Origin: an uncultured Actinomycetota bacterium | GTDB lineage: Bacteria; Actinomycetota; Actinomycetes; Propionibacteriales; Nocardioidaceae | Assembly (NCBI GenBank): GCA_963721925.1 | Contig: CAVRLH010000002.1 | Coordinates: 14,336-38,335 of the forward strand | DNA: 24,000 bases | Reading direction: 5' to 3' | Shown: piece by piece, positions 8,200 to 17,584 of the stretch | Layout: each line of letters begins with the position of its first letter | Numbering within the stretch: the first letter of the stretch is position 1 | Notes under the pieces: model-generated | Databases searched by the model: none | Told to the model about the DNA's origin: nothing | Seen by the model: only the letters and a program-made list of their open reading frames with translations | Program-made: the position numbers and the translations under genes

Positions 8200-10287
8200 A
8201 TGACAACCACCGCCCCCGCGGACGCCGAGACGAAGCCACGTGGCTTGAGGATCCCCGGATTCGCTCAGCTCCAACGCCTCGGCAAGAGCCTGATGCTCCC
8301 CATTGCCCTGCTGCCCGCGGCCGGCATCCTGCTCCGTCTCGGACAGGACGACATGCTCGGCCAGTACAACCCGCCTGTCATCGGTCCCTTCTTCGACGCG
8401 ATGAGTGCAGCCGGCGGCGCGATCTTCGCGAACCTGCCGCTGCTGTTCGCTGTCGGCGTGGCCATCGGGTTCGCCCGCAAGGCTGACGGCTCGACGGCCC
8501 TCTCGGCAGTGGCCGGATACCTGGTCATCGCCGAGGTGTTCAAGGCGATGTCGCCCATCGTCCTCGCCGGCGAGACCACCCCGGCCGGCGACCAGGCGAT
8601 GATCAACTACAGCGTCTTCGCGGGCATCATCATCGGCGTCGTGACCGCGTGGCTGTTCGACCGCTATCACACCATCCAGCTGCCGCCCTACCTCGGCTTC
8701 TTCGGTGGCCGCAGGTTCGTGCCCATCGTGGTCTCGCTGGCGGCACTGTTCATCGGTTTCGGCATGAGCTACCTCTACCCGCTCTTCGACATGGGTCTCA
8801 CGGGGATCGCCCAGTTCATCGGCGGATCAGGTGCGATCGGCGCGTTCGTCTATGGCTTCGTCAACCGGATGCTCATCCCGCTCGGTCTGCACCACATCGT
8901 CAACACCTACATCTGGTTCCTCTATGGCGACTTCACCGTCAACGGCACGTCCTACACCGGTGAGCTGACCCGTTTCGCCAATGGCGACCCCGAGGCCGGT
9001 CGCTTGACTGCCGGCTTCTACCCGATCCTGATGTTCGGCCTGCCCGCCGCTGCCCTCGCGATGATTCATTCAGCCCGCGCGAACCAGAAGAAGCTGGCCA
9101 TCGGCATCCTCTCCGCCGCCGGTCTGACTGCCTTCCTGACCGGCGTCACCGAGCCGCTCGAGTTTGCGTTCATGTTCGTCGCCTTCCCCCTCTATGTGAT
9201 CCACGCGGTGCTGACCGGACTGTCCTTGGCGATCGCGTACTCGCTCGACATCCACCTCGGCTTCTCGTTCTCGGCCGGCCTGATCGACCTGCTTCTCTAT
9301 GGCACGGCTCCGGCCGCGAAGAACATCCCACTGCTGGTCCTGATGGGTGTGGTGTTCTTCGTCCTGTACTACGTGCTGTTCCGCTTTGCGATCACCCGCT
9401 GGAACCTGCTCACCCCGGGCCGCGACCCCGAGGCGGACGGCGCGGATGATGCGACGGACGGCACCGATCACCCCGCCGGCGCGGGTGGAGCGACTGCGCG
9501 GGCCTACCAACTGATCGCCGCTTTCGGCGGCGCGGACAACCTCCAGGCCGTTGATGCCTGCATCACCAGGCTTCGGATCGAGGTGGCTGACAAGGCCGGG
9601 GTGGACGCCGCGGCACTGCGAGCGCTGGGCGCCGCCGGTGTGATCGAGGTCGGCAACAACGTGCAGGCCGTCTTCGGCACCCAGGCAGACGGGCTCAAGG
9701 ACGAGATCCGAGCGGCGCTCGCGCAGGGATCGGCGCCGGCTGCTGCGTCCGCACCCGAGGATGTGCCGACGCCCGCGGCAGCAGTCCCGGCCACCCCCAC
9801 GGCGACCGGTCGCCTGACAGTGCTGTCGCCCCTCGGCGGCACCCTGGTGCCGCTGAGCGAGGTCCCGGACGCGACGTTCGCGAAGGGGATCGTCGGGCAC
9901 GGTCTGGCCATCGATCCGCCGCGGGAGGTCGTTGACGTGGTGGCGCCGGCTACGGGCAAGATCCTCAAGCTGTGGCCCCACGCCTTCGCTCTCCAGACCA
10001 CGGACGGAGTGGGTGTCCTGGTGCACCTTGGCATCGACACGGTGCAGCTCAAGGGTGAAGGATTCAGCGCTTATGCTGCCGAGGGTGACGAGGTCGAGAT
10101 CGGTCAGCCGATCCTGCGTTACGACGTGCCCGCTGTCGAGGCCGCCGGACGCAATCCCGTCGTGCCGGTGATCATCCTCGACCGCAAGGCCGACACCGTC
10201 GTCCTGCGAGACCTGGCTGCCGGTGGCGATGTGAAGCCCCTCGAGCTGCTCCTCACGGTCGCTGCGAAGTCCACGGTCGTGAGCTGA
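8200..10287 (+). CDS. nagE: PTS transporter subunit IICBA, glucose/N-acetylglucosamine family, probably GlcNAc-specific
   Basis: IIC start FAQLQRLGKSLMLPIALLPAAGILLRLG; IIB ADNLQAVDACITRLRIEV; IIA SPLGGTLVPLSEVPDATFAKGIVGHGLAI...VLVHLGIDTVQL. Followed immediately by nagB and nagA. ATG 8200 has GGAGG at 8190-8194. Confidence 0.92.
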   Translation: MTTTAPADAETKPRGLRIPGFAQLQRLGKSLMLPIALLPAAGILLRLGQDDMLGQYNPPVIGPFFDAMSAAGGAIFANLPLLFAVGVAIGFARKADGSTALSAVAGYLVIAEVFKAMSPIVLAGETTPAGDQAMINYSVFAGIIIGVVTAWLFDRYHTIQLPPYLGFFGGRRFVPIVVSLAALFIGFGMSYLYPLFDMGLTGIAQFIGGSGAIGAFVYGFVNRMLIPLGLHHIVNTYIWFLYGDFTVNGTSYTGELTRFANGDPEAGRLTAGFYPILMFGLPAAALAMIHSARANQKKLAIGILSAAGLTAFLTGVTEPLEFAFMFVAFPLYVIHAVLTGLSLAIAYSLDIHLGFSFSAGLIDLLLYGTAPAAKNIPLLVLMGVVFFVLYYVLFRFAITRWNLLTPGRDPEADGADDATDGTDHPAGAGGATARAYQLIAAFGGADNLQAVDACITRLRIEVADKAGVDAAALRALGAAGVIEVGNNVQAVFGTQADGLKDEIRAALAQGSAPAAASAPEDVPTPAAAVPATPTATGRLTVLSPLGGTLVPLSEVPDATFAKGIVGHGLAIDPPREVVDVVAPATGKILKLWPHAFALQTTDGVGVLVHLGIDTVQLKGEGFSAYAAEGDEVEIGQPILRYDVPAVEAAGRNPVVPVIILDRKADTVVLRDLAAGGDVKPLELLLTVAAKSTVVS

Positions 10288-10288
10288 C

Positions 10289-11074
10289 ATGGAGGTCGTC
10301 ATCCTCGACGAGCCGGAACGGTTGGCACACGTCGCCGCCGATGCGGTCGCTGGCGTGCTGGCGAGCAGGCGGAGCGCCACGCTCGGCCTTGCGACCGGAT
10401 CGTCGCCCCTGGCTGTGTACGACGAGTTGGCCGCTCGGTGCTCGCGGGGGGAGCTCAGCTTCGCGTCGGCTCGAGGTTTCACCCTTGACGAGTACGTCGG
10501 GCTGCCCGCCGACCACCCGGAGCGCTATCGGACGGTCATCGACCGTGACTTCGTCTCGCGGGTGGACTTCGCTCCGGGTGCGGTCGTCGGACCCGATGGC
10601 CTGGCGAGCGACATCCCCGCGTCCTGCGCGGCCTACGAGCAGTCGATCGCCGATGCCGGGGGAGTCGACCTGCAGATCCTGGGGATCGGCACCGACGGGC
10701 ACATCGCCTTCAACGAGCCGGGGTCGTCGTTCGCTTCGCGAACTCGGATCAAGACCTTGACCCGACAGACGCGCGTCGACAACGCCCGCTTCTTCGGGGG
10801 TGATGTCGACGCGGTGCCGACGCACTGTCTGACCCAGGGCCTCGGGACGATCATGCAGGCTCGCCACATCGTCCTCCTGGCGACCGGCCACGGAAAGGCG
10901 GAGGCGGTCCACCAGCTCGTCGAGGGTGCCGTCAGTGCCCTGTGGCCAGGAACGATCCTGCAGCACCACCCGCACGTCACGGTGCTCCTCGACGCGTCGG
11001 CGGGCAGTCGCTTGCAGCTGGCCGGCTACTACCGCGAGACCTATGCGGGCAAGCCGAGCTGGCAAGGGATCTGA
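10289..11074 (+). CDS. nagB: Glucosamine-6-phosphate deaminase
   Basis: LGLATGSSPLAVYDEL, FTLDEYVGLPADHPERY, LQILGIGTDGHIAFNEPGSSF, VLLATGHGKAEAV motifs. Confidence 0.96.
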   Translation: MEVVILDEPERLAHVAADAVAGVLASRRSATLGLATGSSPLAVYDELAARCSRGELSFASARGFTLDEYVGLPADHPERYRTVIDRDFVSRVDFAPGAVVGPDGLASDIPASCAAYEQSIADAGGVDLQILGIGTDGHIAFNEPGSSFASRTRIKTLTRQTRVDNARFFGGDVDAVPTHCLTQGLGTIMQARHIVLLATGHGKAEAVHQLVEGAVSALWPGTILQHHPHVTVLLDASAGSRLQLAGYYRETYAGKPSWQGI

Positions 11075-11076
11075 CC

Positions 11077-12225
11077 ATGCTCCTGATGGCAGGGACAGTC
11101 CTGACCGGCGCGTCCTCGCTGGGACAAGGATGGGTGGAGATCGAGTCCGGCCGGGTGGTGGGCGTCGGTTCCGGCACCCCAGCCCGGCCACCGGACCTCG
11201 ACCTGGGTGAGGCCATCCTGGCTCCAGGCTTCGTCGACATGCATGTGCACGGCGGCGGCGGGGGCGCGTTCTTCGAAGCGACCGACGAGGCCGTTGCCGC
11301 AACGCTGGCACTGCACCGTCGCCATGGCACCACCGCCATGATGGCCTCGCTGGTCTCCGACCATCCGGAGGCGCTGGTCCGACAGGTGAGTGCCCTCGCC
11401 GACCACGTCGAGGGCGGCGAACTCCTGGGGATCCACCTCGAAGGACCGTGGCTGGCGGCGCGGCGGTGCGGCGCCCACGAGCCGACCGCCCTGCGCGATC
11501 CCGATCCGGCTGAGCTCCAGACGCTGCTCGAGGCTGGCCGGGGCGCAGTGCGCATGGTGACGCTCGCCCCTGAGCTGCCGGGCGCTATCGAGGCCATCCG
11601 ACTGATCGTCGACGCGGGAGCGGTAGCGGCGATCGGGCACACGGATGCGACCTACGAGCAGGCGCGAGCCGCCATCGATGCTGGAGCGACCGTCGCCACC
11701 CACCTGTTCAATGCGATGCGCCCGGTTCACCACCGCGAACCCGGACCTGTCGTGGCCGCGCTCGAGGACCCCCGGGTCACCGTCGAGCTCGTCAATGACG
11801 GTGTGCACCTGCACCCGGCCCTGCACCGCCTCGTGACCGCTGACGTCGGCGTCGATCGGGTCGCGCTCGTCACTGACGCGATGGCGGCGGCAGGGATGAT
11901 GGACGGCGCCTATCGACTCGGCTCGCTGGCCGTCGACGTCACCGACGGCGTGGCGCAGGTTGCGGGCACCGACACGATCGCCGGGAGCACAGCGACCATG
12001 GCGAGCATGGTGAGAACGGCGGTCACCCACGGGGTCGGCGACCCCGACGAGGCGTTGCTCACCGTGATCCGGCAGGTGTGCCTCAACCCCTTGCGGGCGT
12101 TGGGGCTGCCGGCGCCCGGTCTTGCGCCGGGGGCCACGGCCGATCTCGTCGTACTCGCCGGTGATCTTCAGGTCCAAGGCGTGATGCGGCAGGGAGCCTG
12201 GGCGCATCACCCGACGTCGTCCTGA
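11077..12225 (+). CDS. nagA: N-acetylglucosamine-6-phosphate deacetylase
   Basis: GFVDMHVHGGGG, LGIHLEGPWLA...GAHEP, AIGHTDATYEQ, VATHLFNAMRPVHHREPG, LVTDAMAAAG motifs. ATG at 11077 is 2 nt after the nagB stop. Confidence 0.95.
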   Translation: MLLMAGTVLTGASSLGQGWVEIESGRVVGVGSGTPARPPDLDLGEAILAPGFVDMHVHGGGGGAFFEATDEAVAATLALHRRHGTTAMMASLVSDHPEALVRQVSALADHVEGGELLGIHLEGPWLAARRCGAHEPTALRDPDPAELQTLLEAGRGAVRMVTLAPELPGAIEAIRLIVDAGAVAAIGHTDATYEQARAAIDAGATVATHLFNAMRPVHHREPGPVVAALEDPRVTVELVNDGVHLHPALHRLVTADVGVDRVALVTDAMAAAGMMDGAYRLGSLAVDVTDGVAQVAGTDTIAGSTATMASMVRTAVTHGVGDPDEALLTVIRQVCLNPLRALGLPAPGLAPGATADLVVLAGDLQVQGVMRQGAWAHHPTSS

Positions 12226-12250
12226 GGCCCCGGCAGCCCGGAGCGTGATG

Positions 12251-12889
12251 TCAGCCGGTGATCAGCCGGACGAGCGGCCGCAGGTCGTCGTGCACCGCCA
12301 CGACACCGGCATCGACGAGCGAGCCGGCGGCGTGCGACGTACTGATGCCATGCACCCTTCCCACGTCCGCCTTCAGCGCCGCGACCACGCCTGCAGGCGA
12401 GTCCTCGACGGCCAAGGACAGGGCGGGGTCGACGTCGAGACGTACGACCGCCAGGGCGTAGCCGGCGGGGTCCGGCTTGCCGGCGAGGACGTCCCGCGCC
12501 GTGACGACCGTGTCGACGGCCTCGAGGGACAGCCCGAGCGACTCCACCAGCGACCGCTCCACCCAGGCAGGACCGGCCGAGGTGACGATGGCCAACCGGA
12601 CACCGGCCGCACGTGCGGCGACCACCAGGTCGCGCGCCCCCGGCACCGCGTCGGCCGGTTCATCGGGGATGTGCGGTAGCACCTCGGCCAGCAGCGCTGC
12701 GGGATCGTGGCCCTGCCACGGCCCGGGCTCGGTGGCGAAGACGTCCTCGGCCCGCCTTCCTGTGAAGACCGAGAGGTCGGGGACGTCCCAGCTGCGGGCG
12801 TCGAGGAAGGCGCGGTAGCCGCGCCGGTGCAGGGGCTCGGAGTCGATCAGGGTCCCGTCGAGGTCGAGCAGCAGAGCAACCGGCCTCAC
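12251..12889 (-). CDS. HAD-superfamily hydrolase (sugar-phosphatase-like, beta-phosphoglucomutase-type fold)
   Basis: LLLDLDGTLIDSEPLHRRGYRAFL, AIVTSAG, GKPDPAGYALAV, LAVEDSPAGVVAAL; GTG start. Confidence 0.9.
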   Translation of the reverse strand: MRPVALLLDLDGTLIDSEPLHRRGYRAFLDARSWDVPDLSVFTGRRAEDVFATEPGPWQGHDPAALLAEVLPHIPDEPADAVPGARDLVVAARAAGVRLAIVTSAGPAWVERSLVESLGLSLEAVDTVVTARDVLAGKPDPAGYALAVVRLDVDPALSLAVEDSPAGVVAALKADVGRVHGISTSHAAGSLVDAGVVAVHDDLRPLVRLITG

Positions 12890-12981
12890 GCGGTGAGGAC
12901 CAGTAGGTCGCCCGCGATGACGGCTTCCCCCACCGCGTCGCTCGCGATCGCATCGTCTCTATCGAGGACGGGCAGTTCCAT
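12886..12981 (-). CDS. Possible small ORF (31 aa) overlapping the HAD gene start
   Basis: MELPVLDRDDAIASDAVGEAVIAGDLLVLTA*, preceded by GACAGGAGACAGCG (AGGAGA) and ending in a 4-nt GTGA overlap with the HAD GTG start. Confidence 0.35.
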   Translation of the reverse strand: MELPVLDRDDAIASDAVGEAVIAGDLLVLTA

Positions 12982-13369
12982 CGCTGTCTCCTGTCGGGCT
13001 GTGCTGCTGTCATGCAGACCGGGTCTCGTCCTCCAGCGCATGCTGAATTCGGGAGTGTATGTCTGACTCAAGAAGCGGTTCAGTCGCCCTCTCGGAAGGT
13101 CCAGCCATCGTCGTCGGACTCCACGACGGGGCCGACCGGCTCGACACGGACCTCGAACCGCAGCACGCCGCTGCCGGCGGGGTCGACCCGCTGCTCGGCC
13201 GGGGTCACCTGCACGCCGTCCGGGACGTCACCGAGACGGTGCCGCCGGTCTCGGGGCTGATGCAGACGAAGATCTCGCCGGCTCCCGGTCCTGGGTCTCC
13301 GTCGTGGCCCCCATCGTCCTTCGGGGCGGGTGTTTCGTCCGCGCTCGCGACGGACCCAGGCGGCCGCGG

Positions 13370-13582
13370 TCAGCTGATCTTCGTCAGGGCCCTCAGCGCC
13401 ACGCGACGCAGCGGGTTGAGGTGCGGATCGCGCAGCGCACGCAGCCGGCGTGCCTTGATGTCGTACGACGCTCCCAGGCGGGTGGCGGTGGCGTGGTCCT
13501 TGTTCACCAGGGCTCGCTGGATGGACTCGGTGTAGCGGTTCTCCAGGGACGAGAGCTTCTCGTCCACTACTGCGGGTGACAT
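13370..13582 (-). CDS. Small hypothetical protein (70 aa)
   Basis: MSPAVVDEKLSSLENRYTESIQRALVNKDHATATRLGASYDIKARRLRALRDPHLNPLRRVALRALTKIS*, with AAGGAAGG a few nt upstream of the ATG. The 99-aa version in the track starts too far upstream. Confidence 0.55.
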   Translation of the reverse strand: MSPAVVDEKLSSLENRYTESIQRALVNKDHATATRLGASYDIKARRLRALRDPHLNPLRRVALRALTKIS

Positions 13583-13776
13583 GGTGCCTTCCTTCAGGTA
13601 TCGGGTGTGTAACGATCCTCGCGCACTACTTGGAACGTTCCAAGCCAACGGCTCCATGACCTTGGGCACAGTCCGAATCGGGAAGATCGCAGCCCGTCCG
13701 GCGGTTGAAGAAGAAGCGCCCTGGCAAGAGTGTCGATCTGGCCCGAGACGTGTGGACCGGCCTCTAGACTCTGTAG

Positions 13777-14922
13777 GTGAACACGGTTCCCGTCACCGCC
13801 TACTTCGCCGGTGATCCCAGCAGGACCTACCAGCTGATCCAGTGGCTCGAGGTCCTCGACGTCCTGAACGACGTCCACCCGGTCTGCATCGTGCTGCGCG
13901 ACCCTGCGTCGCAACCGGTGATCGCTGCGCGGACGGACCTGCCGGTGTTCACCGCGGAGACCCTTCCCGAGCTCACTGAGCTGTACGCCGAGCTGGACGC
14001 CAGGGTGGTGCTCTACTGCAACAACTCGGCGCAGAACTTCGACTCCCTGCTCGACGGCCGCAGACTGCACGTCCACATCAACCACGGTGAGAGCGACAAG
14101 CAGTCCATGGCGAGCAACAACGCCAAGGCCTACGACCGGGTGTTCGTGGCGGGGGAGGCCGCCGTCCAGCGCTACGTCGCCGGCTTGCTGGAGTTCGACG
14201 CGAGTCGACTGGTGCGCATCGGTCGGCCCCAGCTCGACCTGCGCCGGACCCCGCTGGTCGCCCCGAGCACGCGGCGAACGGTTCTCTATGCCCCCACCTG
14301 GGAGGGTGACGCGGACTACAACGACTACACGTCGGTGGCCGTCATGGGGGAGTCGATCGTCCGTGCGATCCTCGCCGTGCCGGACGTCCGGCTCGTCTAC
14401 AAGCCACACCCCAAGATCACGACCAGCAGCACGCCTGACGTGTCAGGAGCGCACCTGGACATCCTTCGGGTGATCGCCGACTCCGCGCGGCGCGACCCCG
14501 CCGCCGGTCACGTGCCGGTGCTGGCCGGCGACATCCTGGCGGTCATGCCCGGGTGCGACGCCATCGTCACCGATGTCTCCTCCGTCGGGCTCGACTGGCT
14601 CTACCTGCACACCGACAAGCCGATCTTCCTCACCGACCGGCACGGGGACGTCGAGCAGCTCCGGCAGCAGATTCCGGTCAGTCGCTGCGCCGACGTGGTC
14701 GACGCCGACGACGTGGCGGAGCTGACGACGCTGCTCGGCGACCGGCTCGAGCGTGACGAGCACGAGCTCGCCCGGATGGCGATGCGGCACCACTACTTCG
14801 ACGACCTCCACGTGGGGGACAGCACGTCTCGTTTCCTCGGGGCCGTGTCCGAGCTGGTCGCCCTCTGCGACCAGCTCGTGGGAAACATGGCCGGCCCCGA
14901 CGGAGCCGCGGACGCGGGATAG
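13777..14922 (+). CDS. CDP-glycerol:glycerophosphate glycerophosphotransferase-like protein (TagB/TagF-type)
   Basis: HINHGESDKQSMASNNAKAYDRVFVAGEAAVQRY, RTVLYAPTWEG, VRLVYKPHPKI, DAIVTDVSSVGLDWLYLHTDKPIFLTD; GTG start. Confidence 0.82.
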   Translation: MNTVPVTAYFAGDPSRTYQLIQWLEVLDVLNDVHPVCIVLRDPASQPVIAARTDLPVFTAETLPELTELYAELDARVVLYCNNSAQNFDSLLDGRRLHVHINHGESDKQSMASNNAKAYDRVFVAGEAAVQRYVAGLLEFDASRLVRIGRPQLDLRRTPLVAPSTRRTVLYAPTWEGDADYNDYTSVAVMGESIVRAILAVPDVRLVYKPHPKITTSSTPDVSGAHLDILRVIADSARRDPAAGHVPVLAGDILAVMPGCDAIVTDVSSVGLDWLYLHTDKPIFLTDRHGDVEQLRQQIPVSRCADVVDADDVAELTTLLGDRLERDEHELARMAMRHHYFDDLHVGDSTSRFLGAVSELVALCDQLVGNMAGPDGAADAG

Positions 14923-14947
14923 ATGCCGCGAGGTGGTGCGAGGCCGG

Positions 14948-16129
14948 TCAGGGAAGCAGGCCCTGGCCCGAAGCGTCACTGGCTTCGTCGTCGGGGTCGT
15001 CGTGATTCGTGGGGCTGCTCGTCGGCGGCGATGAGGACCTGGAGGCGACCACCTCGCCGAGGTAGCGCAGCACCACCGCGGCGATCGCCACGGCAGGTAC
15101 GCCGAGGAAGGCGCCGGCGACCCCGAATGCCGTTGATCCCAGCACCACGGTGAGGAGCACGACACCGGCGTGCAGATTCAAGGTCTTGCCCTGCAGCCAG
15201 GGCAGGAACAGGTTGCCCTCGAGCTGCTGGACCAGGAGCACGATGGCGAAGACGATCAGTGCCGCCACCCAACCGTTGGCTACGAGCGCCACGAGCACCG
15301 CCACGGCGCCGATGGCAACAGCCCCGACGATGGGGGCGAAGGCTGCCACGAAGGTGAGCATCGCGAGCGGGAGCGCCAGTGGTACCCCCACGATCACCAG
15401 TCCCAGGCCGATGAGCACCGCGTCGATCAGTCCGACGAGGGCCTGGGTGCGTACGAAACCTCCGAGGGTCGACCAGGCGCGGGTGCTGACCTCGACGAGG
15501 TGGCTGCCGACCCGTTCACCCGTCATCCCACGCAGCCAGGGAAGGAACCGGTGGCCGTCCTTGAGGAAGAAGAACGTCAGCACGAGGGTGAGCACGAGGT
15601 TGATCAGCGCGCTGGTGATCGCACTGACCCCGACCAGCACCCCTGAGGTGATGCTCGCGGCGCTGTCCCGGAGCTTGTCCTGGGCGGCGTCAACCACCGT
15701 GTCCACCTGGTTCTGGGTGACATCGAGCCGGCTGTCCTGGATGCGCTGTTCGATCGTGCTGAGACCGTCGGAGGCGCTGTCGGCGATTTCGACCACCTGC
15801 GAGCCGACAGAGGGAGCGATGAACAGGACCAACAGGACGACGACGGTCAGGGCCGCAAGAATCACACTCAGTGCGGCCAGGGCTGGTGCCAACCGGAGCC
15901 GTCGCTCGAGCCACCGCGACTGCGGCTGGAGAACTGTCGTCAGGATCAGTGCGAGCACGAGCGGCAACAGGATGCTCCACAGCTGAGCGACCCCCCATCC
16001 GACGGCCACGGCACCGGTCAGCACCACGATCCATCGCAGGGTCCATCTCGACAGCCAGGCCACACCGTCGCCGATCACCTGCCCGCGGTCGCGATCCGTG
16101 GGCACGGTCGAGGTCTGCCGGTCCGTCAC
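14948..16129 (-). CDS. AI-2E family transporter (PerM/YdiK-like)
   Basis: WSILLPLVLALILTTVLQPQSRWLERRL, long helical middle, AVAVLVALVANGWVAALIVFAIVLLVQQLEGNLFLPWLQGKTLNLHAGVVLL. A GTG at 16129 gives a 4-nt overlap with the upstream gene's stop; the track start at 16189 is the alternative. Confidence 0.88.
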   Translation of the reverse strand: MTDRQTSTVPTDRDRGQVIGDGVAWLSRWTLRWIVVLTGAVAVGWGVAQLWSILLPLVLALILTTVLQPQSRWLERRLRLAPALAALSVILAALTVVVLLVLFIAPSVGSQVVEIADSASDGLSTIEQRIQDSRLDVTQNQVDTVVDAAQDKLRDSAASITSGVLVGVSAITSALINLVLTLVLTFFFLKDGHRFLPWLRGMTGERVGSHLVEVSTRAWSTLGGFVRTQALVGLIDAVLIGLGLVIVGVPLALPLAMLTFVAAFAPIVGAVAIGAVAVLVALVANGWVAALIVFAIVLLVQQLEGNLFLPWLQGKTLNLHAGVVLLTVVLGSTAFGVAGAFLGVPAVAIAAVVLRYLGEVVASRSSSPPTSSPTNHDDPDDEASDASGQGLLP

Positions 16130-16638
16130 GACTCGGACACCATGTTCGAACCGCGTGGGGTACTCCCGGGGCTGTTCGACAGGGACCACGGAAGCTCTGT
16201 GGAGTCGTGCGCCAGGATGGGGAGCAGCCGCGAATCCTCGAGCGCTGCCAGGCGATGGCCCGCGCCCTCCATGCAGCCGGGGTGGTTTGCCATGCCGAGG
16301 AACGTGTCCAGACTGGCGTGTCGAACGAGCATCGCGGCATCCCAGGTCTCATCGGTCGGTCCGACCAGGAACGGTAGTGCGTCGCCGACGAAGATCACGG
16401 ACCCTCCGACTGCTTCCAGGTGAGGCTGGGTATGCCGGACATAGCGCTCATAGGCCTGGCGACCCGAGATCGTGGTGTCCGGCGCAAGCTCGGGATGCGC
16501 CTCATAGTCGGCTCGGTCGCGGAATCGCAAGAGATTCAGCATCACGACCGGTCCTTGAACGTCTCGCGTGAAGAGGGCGACGCCTTGCTGGTGAGTCGGG
16601 TCGATGAAGCCGTGCGGAACGTCGGCAGGAGTGGACAA
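16126..16638 (-). CDS. DUF1330 domain-containing protein
   Basis: VVMLNLLRFRDRADYEAHPELAPDTTISGRQAYERYVRHTQPHLEAVGGSVIFVGDALPFLVGPTDETWDAAMLVRHASLDTFLGM. A TTG start at 16638 with an upstream AAGGA seems more likely than the 16764 ATG. Confidence 0.75.
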   Translation of the reverse strand: MSTPADVPHGFIDPTHQQGVALFTRDVQGPVVMLNLLRFRDRADYEAHPELAPDTTISGRQAYERYVRHTQPHLEAVGGSVIFVGDALPFLVGPTDETWDAAMLVRHASLDTFLGMANHPGCMEGAGHRLAALEDSRLLPILAHDSTELPWSLSNSPGSTPRGSNMVSES

Positions 16639-16684
16639 GAGGAATCCTTCGCGGGCGGGGGCGCGGTGGTCGCTTGGGGCCGAA

Positions 16685-17584
16685 CTAGCCGCGCAGGGTC
16701 TGTGCCAAGGACTGCGCGGCGGGCCGCCACCCCAGTTCGTCGACGGCACGTCCGCGGCCTCCATCGGTGCGTACGCTCACGCGTGGCGGCTGGCTGGTGG
16801 CGCCGAACTCGTCCTGCAGGGTGTCAGCGGTCCAGGGCTCGACGGTGTCGATGCCGGCAGCGGCTGCCACGACGTCCGCCAGCTCCCGAGACGTCACCGA
16901 TCCCGACGTGGCGTGGTAGATCCCACGGGCCGACGGGTCGGTCACGACCCGCGTGAGCAGGTCGAGCAGCTCGTCCTCATGGACGGTCGGCAAGATCTCG
17001 TCGCCGTCCCCGAAGTAGCGACTCGCTCCCCGGGCGCGTGCGAACTCGACAGCCGGGCCGAGCGCCAGCCCACCTCCGTCGCCGTAGACGAGGCCGGGTC
17101 GAACGACGATGCCACGCAGCCAGTCGGCGGAGGCCATGACCCGGATCTCGCAGGCTGCCACAGGGTCCAGGTCGGCCGGCACCACGGGGGTGTCGTGCTC
17201 GGAGACGGGGTGGTCGCCGGCGGCATCGCCGTACACGGCCATGGTGGTGACCTCGACCAATGCCGACCCCGGCTTCAGGTGTCCGAGAACAGTGTCCAGG
17301 TCGCGAGAATCGTCGACCATCGAGGTGAGGCTGTCGATGCCGCTGAGCAGGATGACCGCGTCCGCGTCGCGTACACCCGTGGCCAGGGCGTCCGACGACG
17401 GTGCGAGCACGTGGAGGGAGTGGGAGGGTGGCAGCAGGCTCGGATCGTGGTGGACGATCGTGCCCACCTCCCAGCCGAGGGCCTCGAGCTGACCGACGAG
17501 GCGCTGGGCGAACGGTGCGGCGCTGCCTGTGATCAGCGCCCTCGGCTGCGAGTGGGTGCTCCCAGTGGCGGGGGTCGAGGTCAT
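16685..17584 (-). CDS. NAD-dependent epimerase/dehydratase (extended SDR-like)
   Basis: RALITGSAAPFAQRLVGQLEALGWEV, LVEVTTMAVYGDAAG, RGIVVRPGLVYGDGGG, GIYHATSGSVTSRELADVVAAAAG. Starts in an ATGA overlap with the upstream TetR gene. Confidence 0.85.
   Translation of the reverse strand: MTSTPATGSTHSQPRALITGSAAPFAQRLVGQLEALGWEVGTIVHHDPSLLPPSHSLHVLAPSSDALATGVRDADAVILLSGIDSLTSMVDDSRDLDTVLGHLKPGSALVEVTTMAVYGDAAGDHPVSEHDTPVVPADLDPVAACEIRVMASADWLRGIVVRPGLVYGDGGGLALGPAVEFARARGASRYFGDGDEILPTVHEDELLDLLTRVVTDPSARGIYHATSGSVTSRELADVVAAAAGIDTVEPWTADTLQDEFGATSQPPRVSVRTDGGRGRAVDELGWRPAAQSLAQTLRG

Noticed and set aside
9070-10482. 470-aa minus-strand ORF
   Set aside because: Antisense to the PTS IICBA/nagB coding sequence, whose motifs are unambiguous.
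11041-12210. 389-aa minus-strand ORF
   Set aside because: Antisense to nagA; shadow ORF.
13059-13535. 158-aa plus-strand ORF
   Set aside because: Overlaps the RBS-supported 70-aa minus-strand ORF and has low-complexity composition. Neither strand is certain, so only the gap was reported as a finding.
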